A stretch of 64,000 bases of DNA from Acidobacteriota bacterium (GTDB lineage: Bacteria; Acidobacteriota; Vicinamibacteria; Vicinamibacterales; UBA2999), in NCBI GenBank assembly GCA_030697165.1, contig JAUYQQ010000023.1, positions 286,681 to 350,680 of the forward strand, in the 5' to 3' direction. The position numbers and the translations under genes were made by a program. The notes below the pieces were generated by a model. That model searched no databases. It was not told the origin of the DNA and worked only from the letters and a program-made list of their open reading frames with translations. Below are positions 42,882 to 52,730 of this stretch, one piece after another (within the stretch, counting starts at the first letter, position 1; each line of letters opens with the position of its first letter).

Positions 42882-43358
42882 CTACACCGCCGCCGCGTAG
42901 AACGCATCGCGGATCTCGTCGGCGCGCTGCTGCGTCATCAAGTTGACCGACACCACGTGGGCGAGCATCGTCGCGACCAATGGGTGGTCGGTTTCCACGT
43001 GCTCAACAAGGGCCAACATCTCGAGCGCGTAGATCATCGACGTATCGCCGCCCGCGGCGCGCGCCTTGAGTTGCAAGTACTCGGTCGGGGTCATCAATTG
43101 GATGAACTTGAACCGAGAGAGCGTGCGAACGGGCGGCGATGGAAGGGGCTCCTGCGCCCACTCGCCGTCCGTCCAGATGACCCGAAAGCCGGGCTCCGGT
43201 TCCGGCATCTCGGGCGCCAGCACGTAGCCCGCGTCGGCGATTTCATCCGCCGTAAACGTTGACGGGTCGGTGCGGGTGAGACCGCTCGACAGCCGAATCC
43301 GGAACGGGATCGCGGCCGGCGTCTGCCCCGGAAACCGCTCGTTGAAGTACTGATCCAA
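42882..43358 (-). CDS. Hypothetical phage protein (tail-fibre region)
   Basis: 158 aa, packed tightly between its neighbours. No motif recognised. Confidence 0.6.
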   Translation of the reverse strand: MDQYFNERFPGQTPAAIPFRIRLSSGLTRTDPSTFTADEIADAGYVLAPEMPEPEPGFRVIWTDGEWAQEPLPSPPVRTLSRFKFIQLMTPTEYLQLKARAAGGDTSMIYALEMLALVEHVETDHPLVATMLAHVVSVNLMTQQRADEIRDAFYAAAV

Positions 43359-43371
43359 TGTTGACCTCTCC

Positions 43372-44061
43372 CTACAGGAACCCGGGCTCGAGGGCGACCA
43401 TGACGGCGCCCCAATTTGTGTTGCCGCTCAACGTCGCCGTGATCGTGGTAGAGCCGGCCGGCGTGATCGGTGCGTCACTATCCGCCGCGGCTGTCACGCC
43501 GCCGAATGTCCCTACCTGCGTCGCACCTGCCGACCATGACGACACCGACCCGTTAACGACGGTGTACTGCACGGCCCAGCAGCCGGCGACGGTGGTCGAG
43601 AAGTTCACCGAGGCCATGTTCGACGATCCATTGCTGTTCGTCGCGAACACCGAGATCGGGGACTGAATGACGCCCGAGTAGGAGATGGCAATCGTGTAGC
43701 CGCCGCCCGTCGACGCGACCGTGTGCGCGCCGGATGGCGGGTTGGAGAGCTCCCAAATCGAGCACTGGCCGGAGCCCTGCTGTATCTGCGCAACCCTCGT
43801 CAGCGCGACGCCGTTGTAGGTGATCGCGCTGGCGTCCGGCCACGAACACACTAGAAGCTTCCGGTTACGGCCGCTTCCGCAGGTATGCGAGAACGAGGCG
43901 CCGCCGGTGGTCACCGCGTCGAAGGCCACCGTGTCGCGCTGGCGGGGCCAAATGCCCGCCCGGTGCGCGTTCGTCATGAGGTTCAGAAGCCACACCCCGC
44001 TCGCCGACAGGATCGTCGGCGTTCGAGTGGCGCCGATCACGCCGCCGTTCCATCCGGACAT
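43372..44061 (-). CDS. Hypothetical tail-fibre / receptor-binding-like protein
   Basis: ORF 43372..44163. ATG 44061 lies 2 nt after the upstream stop. Ser/Thr/Gly-rich beta-type sequence (TVASTGGGYTIAISYSGV, SVNFSTTVAGCWAVQYTVVNGS). Confidence 0.6.
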   Translation of the reverse strand: MSGWNGGVIGATRTPTILSASGVWLLNLMTNAHRAGIWPRQRDTVAFDAVTTGGASFSHTCGSGRNRKLLVCSWPDASAITYNGVALTRVAQIQQGSGQCSIWELSNPPSGAHTVASTGGGYTIAISYSGVIQSPISVFATNSNGSSNMASVNFSTTVAGCWAVQYTVVNGSVSSWSAGATQVGTFGGVTAAADSDAPITPAGSTTITATLSGNTNWGAVMVALEPGFL

Positions 44062-44063
44062 AG

Positions 44064-44423
44064 CTAGCTCATATCCTCGCCGCTGGCGACGGCCTCGAGA
44101 TCGCCGGACGCCGACGCCAACACGGTCAGCTTGTCGCCTTCCTCGAGGTAGAGCGGGCACCATTCTTTCGGAGCGACCGACCCGTCGGCAGGGATCGAAA
44201 GCGTCTGCCCAAGCTTGAAGTACGTGGCGGTCGACGAGTCATACCATTCAACGGTGCCGTCGACCGGCACCAACCCGTCGACGTTCGCCAAGTTGATGAC
44301 GTTGACCCGCACGACGTGATCGGCCGCCACCGCGGGGATCAGGTCCGTCCGCGACGTGCCGACCGCGCACCCGTAGGTCTTGCCTGTAATCGTTGAGACT
44401 GACGCGATGTTCGGGGCCGCCAT
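44064..44423 (-). CDS. Hypothetical phage tail-region protein
   Basis: 119 aa, abutting its neighbours on both sides. Confidence 0.6.
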   Translation of the reverse strand: MAAPNIASVSTITGKTYGCAVGTSRTDLIPAVAADHVVRVNVINLANVDGLVPVDGTVEWYDSSTATYFKLGQTLSIPADGSVAPKEWCPLYLEEGDKLTVLASASGDLEAVASGEDMS

Positions 44424-44786
44424 CTATCCTCCAAAAATGATCGCCATTGCGACCGAGCCGTCGAGCCTCACGAAGGGGCCGCCGTTCTTGCTGGCACGAA
44501 TTGAGTTGGTTGCGGAGTTGTGGTAAATGACCGCGTCACCAGACGGCGATACGGCTGGATCAGACGCGGCCCCGTCGATTTTCACCTGGGACAGTGCCAC
44601 CGTCCCGGCCTGGATGGCGTTCAAGTTGTCTCGGTGATCCGTGTTTAGCGTGGCAGCCGAATGCACCTCGCCCGCCACATATGTCCGAGGAGTCGTCCAG
44701 ACACCAACAGCCACCGGACCCAAGGGCCACACCACTGACAACCAAGACAGAAGGTCTGGAAGCACATCCACAAATGGGAGCATCAT
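44424..44786 (-). CDS. Tail-fibre N-terminal-like protein
   Basis: ORF 44424..44855. ATG 44786 overlaps the upstream stop. TYVAGEVHSAATLNTDHRDNLNAIQ resembles conserved tail-fibre N-terminal motifs. Confidence 0.55.
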   Translation of the reverse strand: MMLPFVDVLPDLLSWLSVVWPLGPVAVGVWTTPRTYVAGEVHSAATLNTDHRDNLNAIQAGTVALSQVKIDGAASDPAVSPSGDAVIYHNSATNSIRASKNGGPFVRLDGSVAMAIIFGG

Positions 44787-45190
44787 CACCAGCGCACCCC
44801 GTGAGCCGCGTTTTCGATGGCTAGATCCAGAAGCCCTTCCGTCTCTGGGTTCCATCCCCTGTTCACAGTCCGAGGTCGGGCCAACAGCAAGTGCTCAATA
44901 TTGAGTCGATCGGGGTCGGCCGGGAAAACAACATGGGTGTGGATCGCTCCGCAGCCCATACAGTAGGCAGCCGCGAAGCCGGGGTCGGCCGGCACACCCG
45001 CGCCACACTCGCAGTCGACCAGCCAACGCCCGTGGTCCACCCGCGTCAGCTTCTCTGCGACGGACTCGTGCACTGAGATGCGCAACCCTTGTCGCTGAAG
45101 CTTCGAGACTACGGCTGCGTGCCTTCGGCGACACGCCGATTCATCTCGCACGCGGTGCACGTCCCTTGTGGTTTCAATAACAAATTTCAT
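44786..45190 (-). CDS. Hypothetical phage protein with CxC...CxxC zinc-ribbon-like motif
   Basis: 134 aa. WLVDCECGAG...YCMGCGAIH. Confidence 0.55.
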   Translation of the reverse strand: MKFVIETTRDVHRVRDESACRRRHAAVVSKLQRQGLRISVHESVAEKLTRVDHGRWLVDCECGAGVPADPGFAAAYCMGCGAIHTHVVFPADPDRLNIEHLLLARPRTVNRGWNPETEGLLDLAIENAAHGVRW

Positions 45191-45217
45191 GGCGTTGGTT
45201 CTCTGTCCTTAGGTGGC

Positions 45218-46795
45218 CTAGCCGTAGGCCAACACGTTGTCGTCCAGGGTGCCGGCGATCGGATCGTCCAGAATCAGAACGTCCGAAGTGTCTGCTGGTG
45301 CAAGGGTGTATTCCGTCGACAACAGACCGTCGAGTGTTAACTCCTGGTCGAGTGCATGAATAAAGGCCTGCGCCGAGTCGATGCCGGTCGTGGCGTCGGT
45401 GATGGCGATGGCGTCTCCGACGTCGCGGAGAATCGCCTGCTCAAGGAGCGCGTCGCTGAGTTCAGATCCGATGCGCACCTTGGTGGGCACATTGGTGACA
45501 CCACCATGCACGTGCGCCTTGAACTGCGCGACCCCGACACCAACATTGCGATCGCCCTGGTAGGGCATCAGAATCGGAGTCGGCAGCGGTTGACGACCGT
45601 AGGCCTCAATGCTGGTCTCGTTCTCGCCACGGCTCGACACGGGCCGATAGCGATACAGCCCCTTGCCGCGGCACTGCAGGCCGTCAGCGCCGCCAGGGCC
45701 ACGGACGTAACCTTCGACGCTACCGTTGTTGGTCAGTTCGAGCATGACTCTCGACCCAAAATAGGTCGCCACGACCACGAAGGACGCCGCCAGATCGGAT
45801 CCAGCCCCATCCATGGAGCTATTTGCGGTCCAGTCGGTCGTGACTACAGGCGCCACCATGCTTTTGCCACCGACAAACACCGCCTCGTTATCGGGATCTC
45901 GGTAGTAGACGAACAACGTTTCCGTGCGGCCGGCTGAGACCGACACGGGGCTGTCGAGCCTGACCAGGACGGTGGTCGCCGCAGCATCAACTCGCCGAGG
46001 CACCGTCAGCGTCTCGACGTCGTTGAAAATATGATCGAGCGAAGAAGGCGCCTGAAGTGAGCCAGGCTCATCCGACAGATCTGCGGTCTCGAACTCATAC
46101 TCTGGCTCCACACCAGCACGGGCGTGCCGGTTCTCGAACCGAAGCGTTTCGCCAGCGTCGGAGTCCCCTCGGAGATAGAGATACCCGCCCTCGCTTTGGA
46201 GGATGTCCTGGGCCACTTGCGAGGCCTTCGCGACAGATCCACCGAGATCATCGAATGCAAACGCGTATTCGTCGAGCCCCGTGTCCAGATCGACGTGCGC
46301 CGGCGCCTCTTCTGCAAGGTCAATCAGAAGTTGCAGCAGTTCATCGGGGCGCACGTTTTCCTGAAGGTCGAGCGCCACGGCATCGAGCGTGGCGAAGTCG
46401 TCCATCCAGTCGCGCGCGACGCAGGTGACGGCCCGAAGGCCGACCACAGCCGGATCCGGCGTGCAGACGCGCAGGCGCCCCTTGAACACGAAACGGGTGT
46501 TCGTGCCGTCGGTGAGCCGCAGGCGAATCCAAATGCCATGCCGCCAACCCGTGCGGCAATTGGGATGCCCAGGCGACCAGAAGCCTTCCACGCCGGCCTC
46601 GTTCTGTGTCGAGTTGTCCAGCGTGAAGCTGAACGTCCCGGGTCCGGCCAGAAGATCCAACGGTCCGAATCCGAAGATGCCACGCCGCCAGCGGAGTGGG
46701 TCCCGGATCAGGTCGGCCGTGATGTCATCCCACTCATCGACGCCGTATTCGTTTAGCACAAGCGCTTCGACGCGTGGCGTCACGACGTTGGCCAT
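45218..46795 (-). CDS. Distal tail / minor tail protein (assigned by position after the tape measure)
   Basis: 525 aa. Its start overlaps the tape-measure stop. No specific motif, so the function is positional. Confidence 0.6.
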   Translation of the reverse strand: MANVVTPRVEALVLNEYGVDEWDDITADLIRDPLRWRRGIFGFGPLDLLAGPGTFSFTLDNSTQNEAGVEGFWSPGHPNCRTGWRHGIWIRLRLTDGTNTRFVFKGRLRVCTPDPAVVGLRAVTCVARDWMDDFATLDAVALDLQENVRPDELLQLLIDLAEEAPAHVDLDTGLDEYAFAFDDLGGSVAKASQVAQDILQSEGGYLYLRGDSDAGETLRFENRHARAGVEPEYEFETADLSDEPGSLQAPSSLDHIFNDVETLTVPRRVDAAATTVLVRLDSPVSVSAGRTETLFVYYRDPDNEAVFVGGKSMVAPVVTTDWTANSSMDGAGSDLAASFVVVATYFGSRVMLELTNNGSVEGYVRGPGGADGLQCRGKGLYRYRPVSSRGENETSIEAYGRQPLPTPILMPYQGDRNVGVGVAQFKAHVHGGVTNVPTKVRIGSELSDALLEQAILRDVGDAIAITDATTGIDSAQAFIHALDQELTLDGLLSTEYTLAPADTSDVLILDDPIAGTLDDNVLAYG

Positions 46796-49700
46796 TACAG
46801 GCGCCTCCCGGCGGTCTGTGCGCCATGACGGGCTGCGGACTCTACCATCGACGGAATGATCGTGGCGAGGTCGCGGCGCAGCCCGGCCAGTTCCTTTAGG
46901 AGTCCTGAGTCGGCGCTGCCGCCACCATCACCAAATCTACGGCCACCGCCGCTGAAGGCGAAGTCCTCACTACCCGCCTCGCCGGCTAGGAACAGCGTGG
47001 GGCCCGTGACGTGGCCCATGCCACCTTCGGCCATCGGCAGCACAGGCACCCCGCCGATCGTGCCCTGCCCGAAGTCCTCAGGCGCGCCGGGGTCGTAATA
47101 TTGGGCTTCGATTGTGATCGTTTTGTGCGCCGGAATCGCACCGATGGCGTTCGACACGCCCAGGAACTGATCGATCAGCGCCGACACTTTCACGATCAGC
47201 GCGTCCATGCCGGCGATGAGCTTGTCTTGGGCGCTGGCGCCGGTCTCTTTCCAAATGCCCAGCTCTATGCTCTGGTCGATGAGTTCCTGGGTGCCAGCCT
47301 CGAGGGGGATGTTCAGCAGCTCGGATTGCACCTTCGCCTGATGCAGGTAGTCCTGCATGGGCAGGAGGGCCAGGCGCGAGCCTTCCTCCGTGCCGGCAAA
47401 TTCGGCCTGCAGTCGGGTGTGCAGTTCGGTGCCCGTGCGCTGCATGGCTGCGAAGCGCTCGACGTTCAACAGACCGAACTGGGCCAGTGCCTGTAGCGAC
47501 TGCCCGTGCGCGGCCGCCGCGCCCAGCAGCTGCGGGTTCGTCTCCGCGACGCGTGCCGACAGCAGGAGCTGCTTGAGCCCCACGTCTTCGACGTCCAGGC
47601 CGAGCGCCTTGTAAGAGTCGGCGATCGGCACCAGCGACGGTCCAACGGCCTTGATTGCCTCCGACCAGGTCATGCCGCTCGCGATGGCGGCAGCAAACGT
47701 GCCGACAGCCTGCGCGCCGAGGTCCGCCAGCTGCTGTTTACCGAGCTGCGCCGCACCCGCCTGCGCGTCGAGGGCCTGCTTACTGGCGGCTAGCGCGAGG
47801 TTGTAGGCCTCAAGCGCCTGGGTGTGCTGCTCGGACTGGTCGGCATCGGAGAACTTCGTCAGCGCCTCGCGCGCCTTGTCGAGTTCCTCGCCGGTGGTCT
47901 TAACACGGTCACCGACCGCCAGCCACGGGCCGGTCATCCCCGTCGCCACGGCCGCGAACGACGACACAGCCTGAGCACTGGCGGCAGCCACAGCGGCCAG
48001 GCGGCGGTCGAACTCGGCGATCAGGGCATTCATCGCCTTCAGCCCAGCCTGCCCCTGGTGGCCCCAGTTGGCTTCGAAGCTCAAGCCGACGCGGTTCGCC
48101 TTCGCCTCGAGCTGCTCCAGCGGGCCATGCGTATCGAGGAGCTTATTGCGCAGCTCGCCGATCTCGGCGTTGACCTTCTTGACGGCTTCGTTCACGCCAA
48201 TCCCGAAGAGCTTCTTGAAGCCTTCCATGGCAGGACCGACCATTGAGCCGATAGCCGACCCAATCGCCTGCCCGCCAGGTCCGCCGAGCCCGAACCCGAT
48301 CGCGCCCCCAATGCCGGATCCGATCTGCGACCCGATCGACTTGACCGCGCCCCAGATGTCGCCGCCGCCTTCGAAGGCGCGCGCTAGGGTGTCAGGAATC
48401 TGCGCGAGATTGTTCACCAGGCCGGTGCGCATGGTGCTCCACGCCTGCGTCCACTGCTGCGAGTCGGGCAGGTTCTCCTGCAGGAGGCGCGTGTCGGCAA
48501 ACCCGACGAACAGCTTCTTGAGGTCCATGCTCGACTTCAGGACCGGGCCAACCGTCTGCACTTCACCTTTCAACCGGTGGATCTGTTCCCACAGGTCCTG
48601 CGTGAAGTCGCCGGCCTTCTTCGCGTCGGTGGCGTATTCGCCGATGGTGACGTTATAGCGCTGCTGAAACTGGATCAGCGGGTCAAGCGTGTCGGCCAGC
48701 AGCGAGTAGTCGCGCGCGAGCGTCGAGTGCCCCTTCAACAGCGCTGCTTGGGCGCCTTCCCGCAGGCGTGCGGCCATCTCGCCGAGCTTGCCCGGCAGGA
48801 CGTTCAGGGGGCCATTGAGCGCATTGAGTTGCTTGACCACCTCCCGGGCACCCGCGAGTGCGTCGGCCGCACCCAGCCCGCGCAGCGACTTCTGGAAATC
48901 ATCGGCGGATTTCTTCGCCTCCTTGAGTTCTTCCTCGGTGCGTCCGATGGCGCCCGTCGCCTGGTCCAGATGCGGGCCCAGCTTCTCGGCATACTGCCCG
49001 ACCCCCTTCATGGCATCTGCGGTCTCGTCGAGCGCCTTCGCTTGCCCCTTGGCGGCCTCGGCCGCACGCTCCGCGGCCCGCATCGCCTTGTATTGCTCAG
49101 ACGCTCCCTTTGGCAGCAGGCCAATCAACTCGCCAAGCCGAGCACTAAAGCGCCCGATGACGTCGGTGGCACCGGTCCACTCGCCAATCCAGCGGCCAAT
49201 CTGCCAGGCGGCAAACCCGACGGCCACGACGGCGATCCCCTTGCCGACAATCGCCATCGTCGTGCCGAGCGCGCCGGCGGACGCCTCCATGAGCCAGATC
49301 CGAGCGGTCAACATGGGTATGGTGTTGCCGAGGGTCCACAGGCCCTTCGTGAGAATGCCGACGTTCGTAATCAGCGACCCGACCACGAAGACGACAGGAC
49401 CAGCGGCCGCGGCCAGACCGACGAGGCCGATGACGCCGAACTGAATGAAACCTGGCAGCGACGCGAACGTCTTTGCCATCCACTCAAGCAGCGGCACGAG
49501 CCCACCGATCACCGACATGGCCGTCTTCATCGCCGGCATCAGCGCTTCGCCGAAGATCAAGGCGACATCCTGGACGCGGTTCCAGAGCAGCGTCGCCTGC
49601 GAAGAGACGGTTTCAAAGCGCTTGCCGGCCTCGGCGCTGAGGGCGCTGTTCTCCTGCCAAGCCTGCGACTGGATCTTCAGCGACTTCGCGACGTTGTCAC

Positions 49701-50670
49701 CGGAGAGCGCAAGGCTCCGAAGCAGGTTCGACTGGCGAATTTCCTTCACGCCGAGCGACTCGATGACGGTGTTCAGGTCACCACCTTCAGCCTTTATACG
49801 GCCAAGGCCTTCGATGAACATCCGCGTGGCGTCGGCCGCATCTTCCTTGAAGGCCTTCGCGAACACAGCGCTGGACACGCCGGCCACCTTGGCAAACGCC
49901 GCGAGGTCTGCGCCGCCCTTCGACACAGCCTGCGAAATCTCGATCAGCGTCTTCGACATCGCCGAGCCACCGGCCTCAGCCTCGATGCCGACGTTGGCGA
50001 TGGCCGAGGCATAGCCGAGCACTTGGCCCTGGCTGAGCCCGACGGCGTTGCCGGCGCTGGCGATGCGGTTCGCCAGCGAGAGAATCTGGTCCTCAGTCGA
50101 CGCGCCATCGTTGCCCAAGGCCACCAGCGTCGACGCGAACCGCTCCGTGTCCTTGCCGGCGGCGCCAAAGATGTTCTGAATCTTGGCGATGCTCTCGGCG
50201 GCCTGGTCCGACGTAACGTTCGTCGTCACGCCGAGCAGGGCCATCACCCGCGCGAAGTCGACGATCTCGCCCTTGGGGATGCCCAGGGCACCCGCGGCCT
50301 CGCCGAGGCGGTTCAGTTCGTTGACGTTGATGGGGATGGACTTCGACAGGTCCCGGAACCCCTGCGCCAGCGCAGCGAACTCCGGCTCGGTGGCATCCAC
50401 CGTCTTACGGACGCCCGCAAACGACGATTCGAAGTCAACCGCGACCTTGGTGACACCCGCCCCGATCGCGATGAGGGGGAGGCTCATCTTCGACAGCGCC
50501 GTGCCGACGTCGGCCGTCTGGCGGCCGTAGGTCTGCAGGCTCTTTCCGGCGTCGCGCCACGACTTGTCCAGGCCGTTGGCGCGCGCGTCGACCTTGTCGA
50601 GATCCCGGAAGAAAGCTCCGCTCTCGGTGGCGAGTTCGAGAATGGCGGTGCCGATGCGCGATTTGGCCAT
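46795..50670 (-). CDS. Tail tape measure protein
   Basis: 1291 aa. N-terminal region FESSFAGVRKTVDATEPEFAALAQGFRDLSKSIPINVNELNRLGEAAGALGIPKGEIVDFARVMALLGVTTN matches the TP901-family tape-measure core. Long Ala/Gly/Leu-rich helical remainder. Confidence 0.9.
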   Translation of the reverse strand: MAKSRIGTAILELATESGAFFRDLDKVDARANGLDKSWRDAGKSLQTYGRQTADVGTALSKMSLPLIAIGAGVTKVAVDFESSFAGVRKTVDATEPEFAALAQGFRDLSKSIPINVNELNRLGEAAGALGIPKGEIVDFARVMALLGVTTNVTSDQAAESIAKIQNIFGAAGKDTERFASTLVALGNDGASTEDQILSLANRIASAGNAVGLSQGQVLGYASAIANVGIEAEAGGSAMSKTLIEISQAVSKGGADLAAFAKVAGVSSAVFAKAFKEDAADATRMFIEGLGRIKAEGGDLNTVIESLGVKEIRQSNLLRSLALSGDNVAKSLKIQSQAWQENSALSAEAGKRFETVSSQATLLWNRVQDVALIFGEALMPAMKTAMSVIGGLVPLLEWMAKTFASLPGFIQFGVIGLVGLAAAAGPVVFVVGSLITNVGILTKGLWTLGNTIPMLTARIWLMEASAGALGTTMAIVGKGIAVVAVGFAAWQIGRWIGEWTGATDVIGRFSARLGELIGLLPKGASEQYKAMRAAERAAEAAKGQAKALDETADAMKGVGQYAEKLGPHLDQATGAIGRTEEELKEAKKSADDFQKSLRGLGAADALAGAREVVKQLNALNGPLNVLPGKLGEMAARLREGAQAALLKGHSTLARDYSLLADTLDPLIQFQQRYNVTIGEYATDAKKAGDFTQDLWEQIHRLKGEVQTVGPVLKSSMDLKKLFVGFADTRLLQENLPDSQQWTQAWSTMRTGLVNNLAQIPDTLARAFEGGGDIWGAVKSIGSQIGSGIGGAIGFGLGGPGGQAIGSAIGSMVGPAMEGFKKLFGIGVNEAVKKVNAEIGELRNKLLDTHGPLEQLEAKANRVGLSFEANWGHQGQAGLKAMNALIAEFDRRLAAVAAASAQAVSSFAAVATGMTGPWLAVGDRVKTTGEELDKAREALTKFSDADQSEQHTQALEAYNLALAASKQALDAQAGAAQLGKQQLADLGAQAVGTFAAAIASGMTWSEAIKAVGPSLVPIADSYKALGLDVEDVGLKQLLLSARVAETNPQLLGAAAAHGQSLQALAQFGLLNVERFAAMQRTGTELHTRLQAEFAGTEEGSRLALLPMQDYLHQAKVQSELLNIPLEAGTQELIDQSIELGIWKETGASAQDKLIAGMDALIVKVSALIDQFLGVSNAIGAIPAHKTITIEAQYYDPGAPEDFGQGTIGGVPVLPMAEGGMGHVTGPTLFLAGEAGSEDFAFSGGGRRFGDGGGSADSGLLKELAGLRRDLATIIPSMVESAARHGAQTAGRRL

Positions 50671-51075
50671 CTACGTCTTCTTGGGCCGCCGCATGGCGAT
50701 ACCCATCGAACCCAACTGCTCTGGCGTCGCCACGACGCGGTTGCTCTTACCTGCACTCCGAAGGTCTGCCGCCTCGCGCCAGTCCCTTTGGATCGACTTC
50801 TGGTCGTCTTTCTTGAAGCTCCCCGTGCCCACGCCTAACCGCTGAACTTCCAAGAGCGAGTCGCGGGCCCGTAACTTCGGCAACATCCCCACGTAGGCGC
50901 GAATCACGCCGATCGGGACCCGGAACAGCCAGGCCTCGGGATCGACGTGATAGAACGCCGTCAACGTCGGGAGGAGTTCCCCCCAGTCCGCCGGCGGGCC
51001 GTCGTCTTTGCTTCGGCTGGCGTCGTTTCGTTCGCTGGCCGAAGCTTCGTAAAAACATCCAGGATGAGCACGCAC
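50671..51075 (-). CDS. T-part of the tail assembly chaperone (-1 frame extension, expressed as a G-T fusion)
   Basis: ORF open in the -1 frame relative to 50961..51356. It overlaps that gene's last roughly 115 nt and ends 1 nt before the tape-measure start. This is the canonical G/GT arrangement. Confidence 0.6.
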   Translation of the reverse strand: MRAHPGCFYEASASERNDASRSKDDGPPADWGELLPTLTAFYHVDPEAWLFRVPIGVIRAYVGMLPKLRARDSLLEVQRLGVGTGSFKKDDQKSIQRDWREAADLRSAGKSNRVVATPEQLGSMGIAMRRPKKT

Positions 51076-51356
51076 TGTGACGCGCGCAGCTTTGCGCGCA
51101 CCGCGTCGGGCGCGTCGAGAATCACGTCGATGACACCACGCAGGAGCTGCTCGGCCTCTTCCGCCTCGGCCTTCGAGAGCTTGGCCTTCACCATCAGATG
51201 GCCCAGCCGCGGCAACTCGGTTTCGAGCTGCTTGTAGGCGATCAGCGGCAGGCTTTCTGGATGACGAACGTCGTAGGTGCGCCCGTCGATCTTGATGGGC
51301 TCACCGTTGGAGAGTGTGCTGAGGTCGAGGGTGGGGCGGTCTTTCACTGCGGCCAT
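50961..51356 (-). CDS. Tail assembly chaperone (gpG-like)
   Basis: ATG 51356 is preceded by AGGAGA at 6-nt spacing (inside ORF 50961..51425). Lies between the major tail and tape-measure genes. Confidence 0.7.
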   Translation of the reverse strand: MAAVKDRPTLDLSTLSNGEPIKIDGRTYDVRHPESLPLIAYKQLETELPRLGHLMVKAKLSKAEAEEAEQLLRGVIDVILDAPDAVRAKLRASQCVLILDVFTKLRPANETTPAEAKTTARRRTGGNSSRR

Positions 51357-51552
51357 GGATGTCTCCTGCGCCAATCTGGGGGTGAACCGAGAAGCCAATG
51401 CCGAGACGCCGGCATTGCGCTTCAATCTCTTCGAGCTCAGCGGCCTTATCTCTCAGCCGTTCGCGGGTGGTGCGGATGGTGGCCTTGCACTGCGCCACCT
51501 CCGCACTCACTCGCCGGTGCTGATCGATCAGGGCACTAGGTGTCGCTGACAC
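51301..51552 (-). CDS. Questionable small ORF (83 aa)
   Basis: GTG-initiated. The first roughly 50 aa look helical (ALIDQHRRVSAEVAQCKATIRTTRERLRDKAAELEEIEAQ), but it overlaps both neighbours (17 nt and 56 nt). Confidence 0.25.
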   Translation of the reverse strand: MSATPSALIDQHRRVSAEVAQCKATIRTTRERLRDKAAELEEIEAQCRRLGIGFSVHPQIGAGDIHGRSERPPHPRPQHTLQR

Positions 51553-52141
51553 TGTCCTGGGCGACGATGCGCCCGAAGCGTTCGTCGTCCGAGGTGGCGT
51601 TGGGATCCTCGAGGGCCTCGAACTGCAGCGCGAGCGCCGCGGCCTGGTCCTTCTTCTTCACCGGCTCCGGATTGCCGGTCTGGATGCAGACGGGGACTTC
51701 GTACTGCATGGCGAAGTCATCGCCGTAGGGGGACGGGCCGCGCGCGATGAGCGAGTATTGCGTGACGCTGCGGCCGCGGGTCATGCCGATCTTGCGCGGC
51801 GCGCCCGACTCGTTGGTGACGACGTTGCCGTTGAGGGCGATCTTCCACGCCTCGAGGGTCATGTCCGCCAGCTCGAAGCTGATCATCAGCTCCTCGTCGG
51901 TCCGCCAGGCCTTGCGGGCGCCGGTGGAACCGGCCGACTTGAACTTGGCGATCGTCTGCGGGTTGCTGACCTTGACACCCTCTTCGGTGTAGTTCCGGTC
52001 ACCGGACACGCCGACCTTCGTCCAGTCCCCGTCCGGTTCGACGTCGATCGGCGGGAACGCCGTGCCGACCGGCGCCAAGTAGATCGTGAAGGGCGCGGCG
52101 ATGATTTCGTACGGAGTGGCATTCGACAGATCGGGTGGCAT
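51536..52141 (-). CDS. Major tail (tube) protein
   Basis: 201 aa immediately upstream of the chaperone pair. The assignment rests on position and size. Confidence 0.65.
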   Translation of the reverse strand: MPPDLSNATPYEIIAAPFTIYLAPVGTAFPPIDVEPDGDWTKVGVSGDRNYTEEGVKVSNPQTIAKFKSAGSTGARKAWRTDEELMISFELADMTLEAWKIALNGNVVTNESGAPRKIGMTRGRSVTQYSLIARGPSPYGDDFAMQYEVPVCIQTGNPEPVKKKDQAAALALQFEALEDPNATSDDERFGRIVAQDSVSDT

Positions 52142-52152
52142 GGCGTGGTCTC

Positions 52153-52728
52153 CTAGGACTGGGAAAGGGCGAACTTCAGCTCGTGTTTCAGGTTCTTCAG
52201 CAACGTGTCTTCGCTGACCATCAGTCCGGCGTCGCGATACTTGTCGAACACGTGCGCGACCGACGGACCATGCAGCTTCTTCAGCGGCAGTCGGGTCTTC
52301 CCCTTGCGCTCGAACACCGCCGTGTGTTCATTGGTCTGGCCATGGCGAACGGTGGCGATGAACGCGTGGGGATACTTCCCCTTGCCGGGCGCCGGCAGCC
52401 GGGCCGTGACGCCCTTGCCTCGGCCGAGCGACGGCACCGGCCCCTTCGCCCGGAACTTGATCAGCGAGATCGGCGCGCCGGTGGCGATCACTGCGGCGGT
52501 CAACCGGTTCAGGTTGGCATCGCGCGTCTTCATGCCGCTCTTGACGTCGCCCACCTTCAGGCCGAGGTCTTGCGCGACCTTGCGGATCATGAACGTCTTG
52601 GTCGCCAGCGCCGACCGGTTCAACGCCCGCACGATCGCGGGCTTCGCGCGTCCCTTCAAGCGCTTGATCGCGCGAGAGACGTCCTTCGTCTTGAACTGCA
52701 GTCGCAGGGTTCCGGAATCGGCGGCCAT
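52153..52728 (-). CDS. Lambda gpZ-like minor tail / tail completion protein
   Basis: 191 aa. AIVRALNRSALATKTFMIRKVAQDLGLKVGDVK...ISLIKF...PHAFIATV...VFERKGKTRLPLKKL is colinear with lambda gpZ as I remember it. Confidence 0.6.
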   Translation of the reverse strand: MAADSGTLRLQFKTKDVSRAIKRLKGRAKPAIVRALNRSALATKTFMIRKVAQDLGLKVGDVKSGMKTRDANLNRLTAAVIATGAPISLIKFRAKGPVPSLGRGKGVTARLPAPGKGKYPHAFIATVRHGQTNEHTAVFERKGKTRLPLKKLHGPSVAHVFDKYRDAGLMVSEDTLLKNLKHELKFALSQS

Positions 52729-52730
52729 CG

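Noticed and set aside
42882-46795. Diversity-generating retroelement or shufflon acting on the tail-fibre genes
   Set aside because: There is no reverse transcriptase, no template/variable repeat pair and no invertase or inverted crossover sites visible in this region.
51301-51552. 83-aa ORF between the major tail and gpG-like genes as a real gene
   Set aside because: It is kept only as a low-confidence feature. It overlaps both neighbours, its second half is Pro/His/Arg-rich like a shadow frame, and the gpG-like ATG with a good RBS lies inside it.
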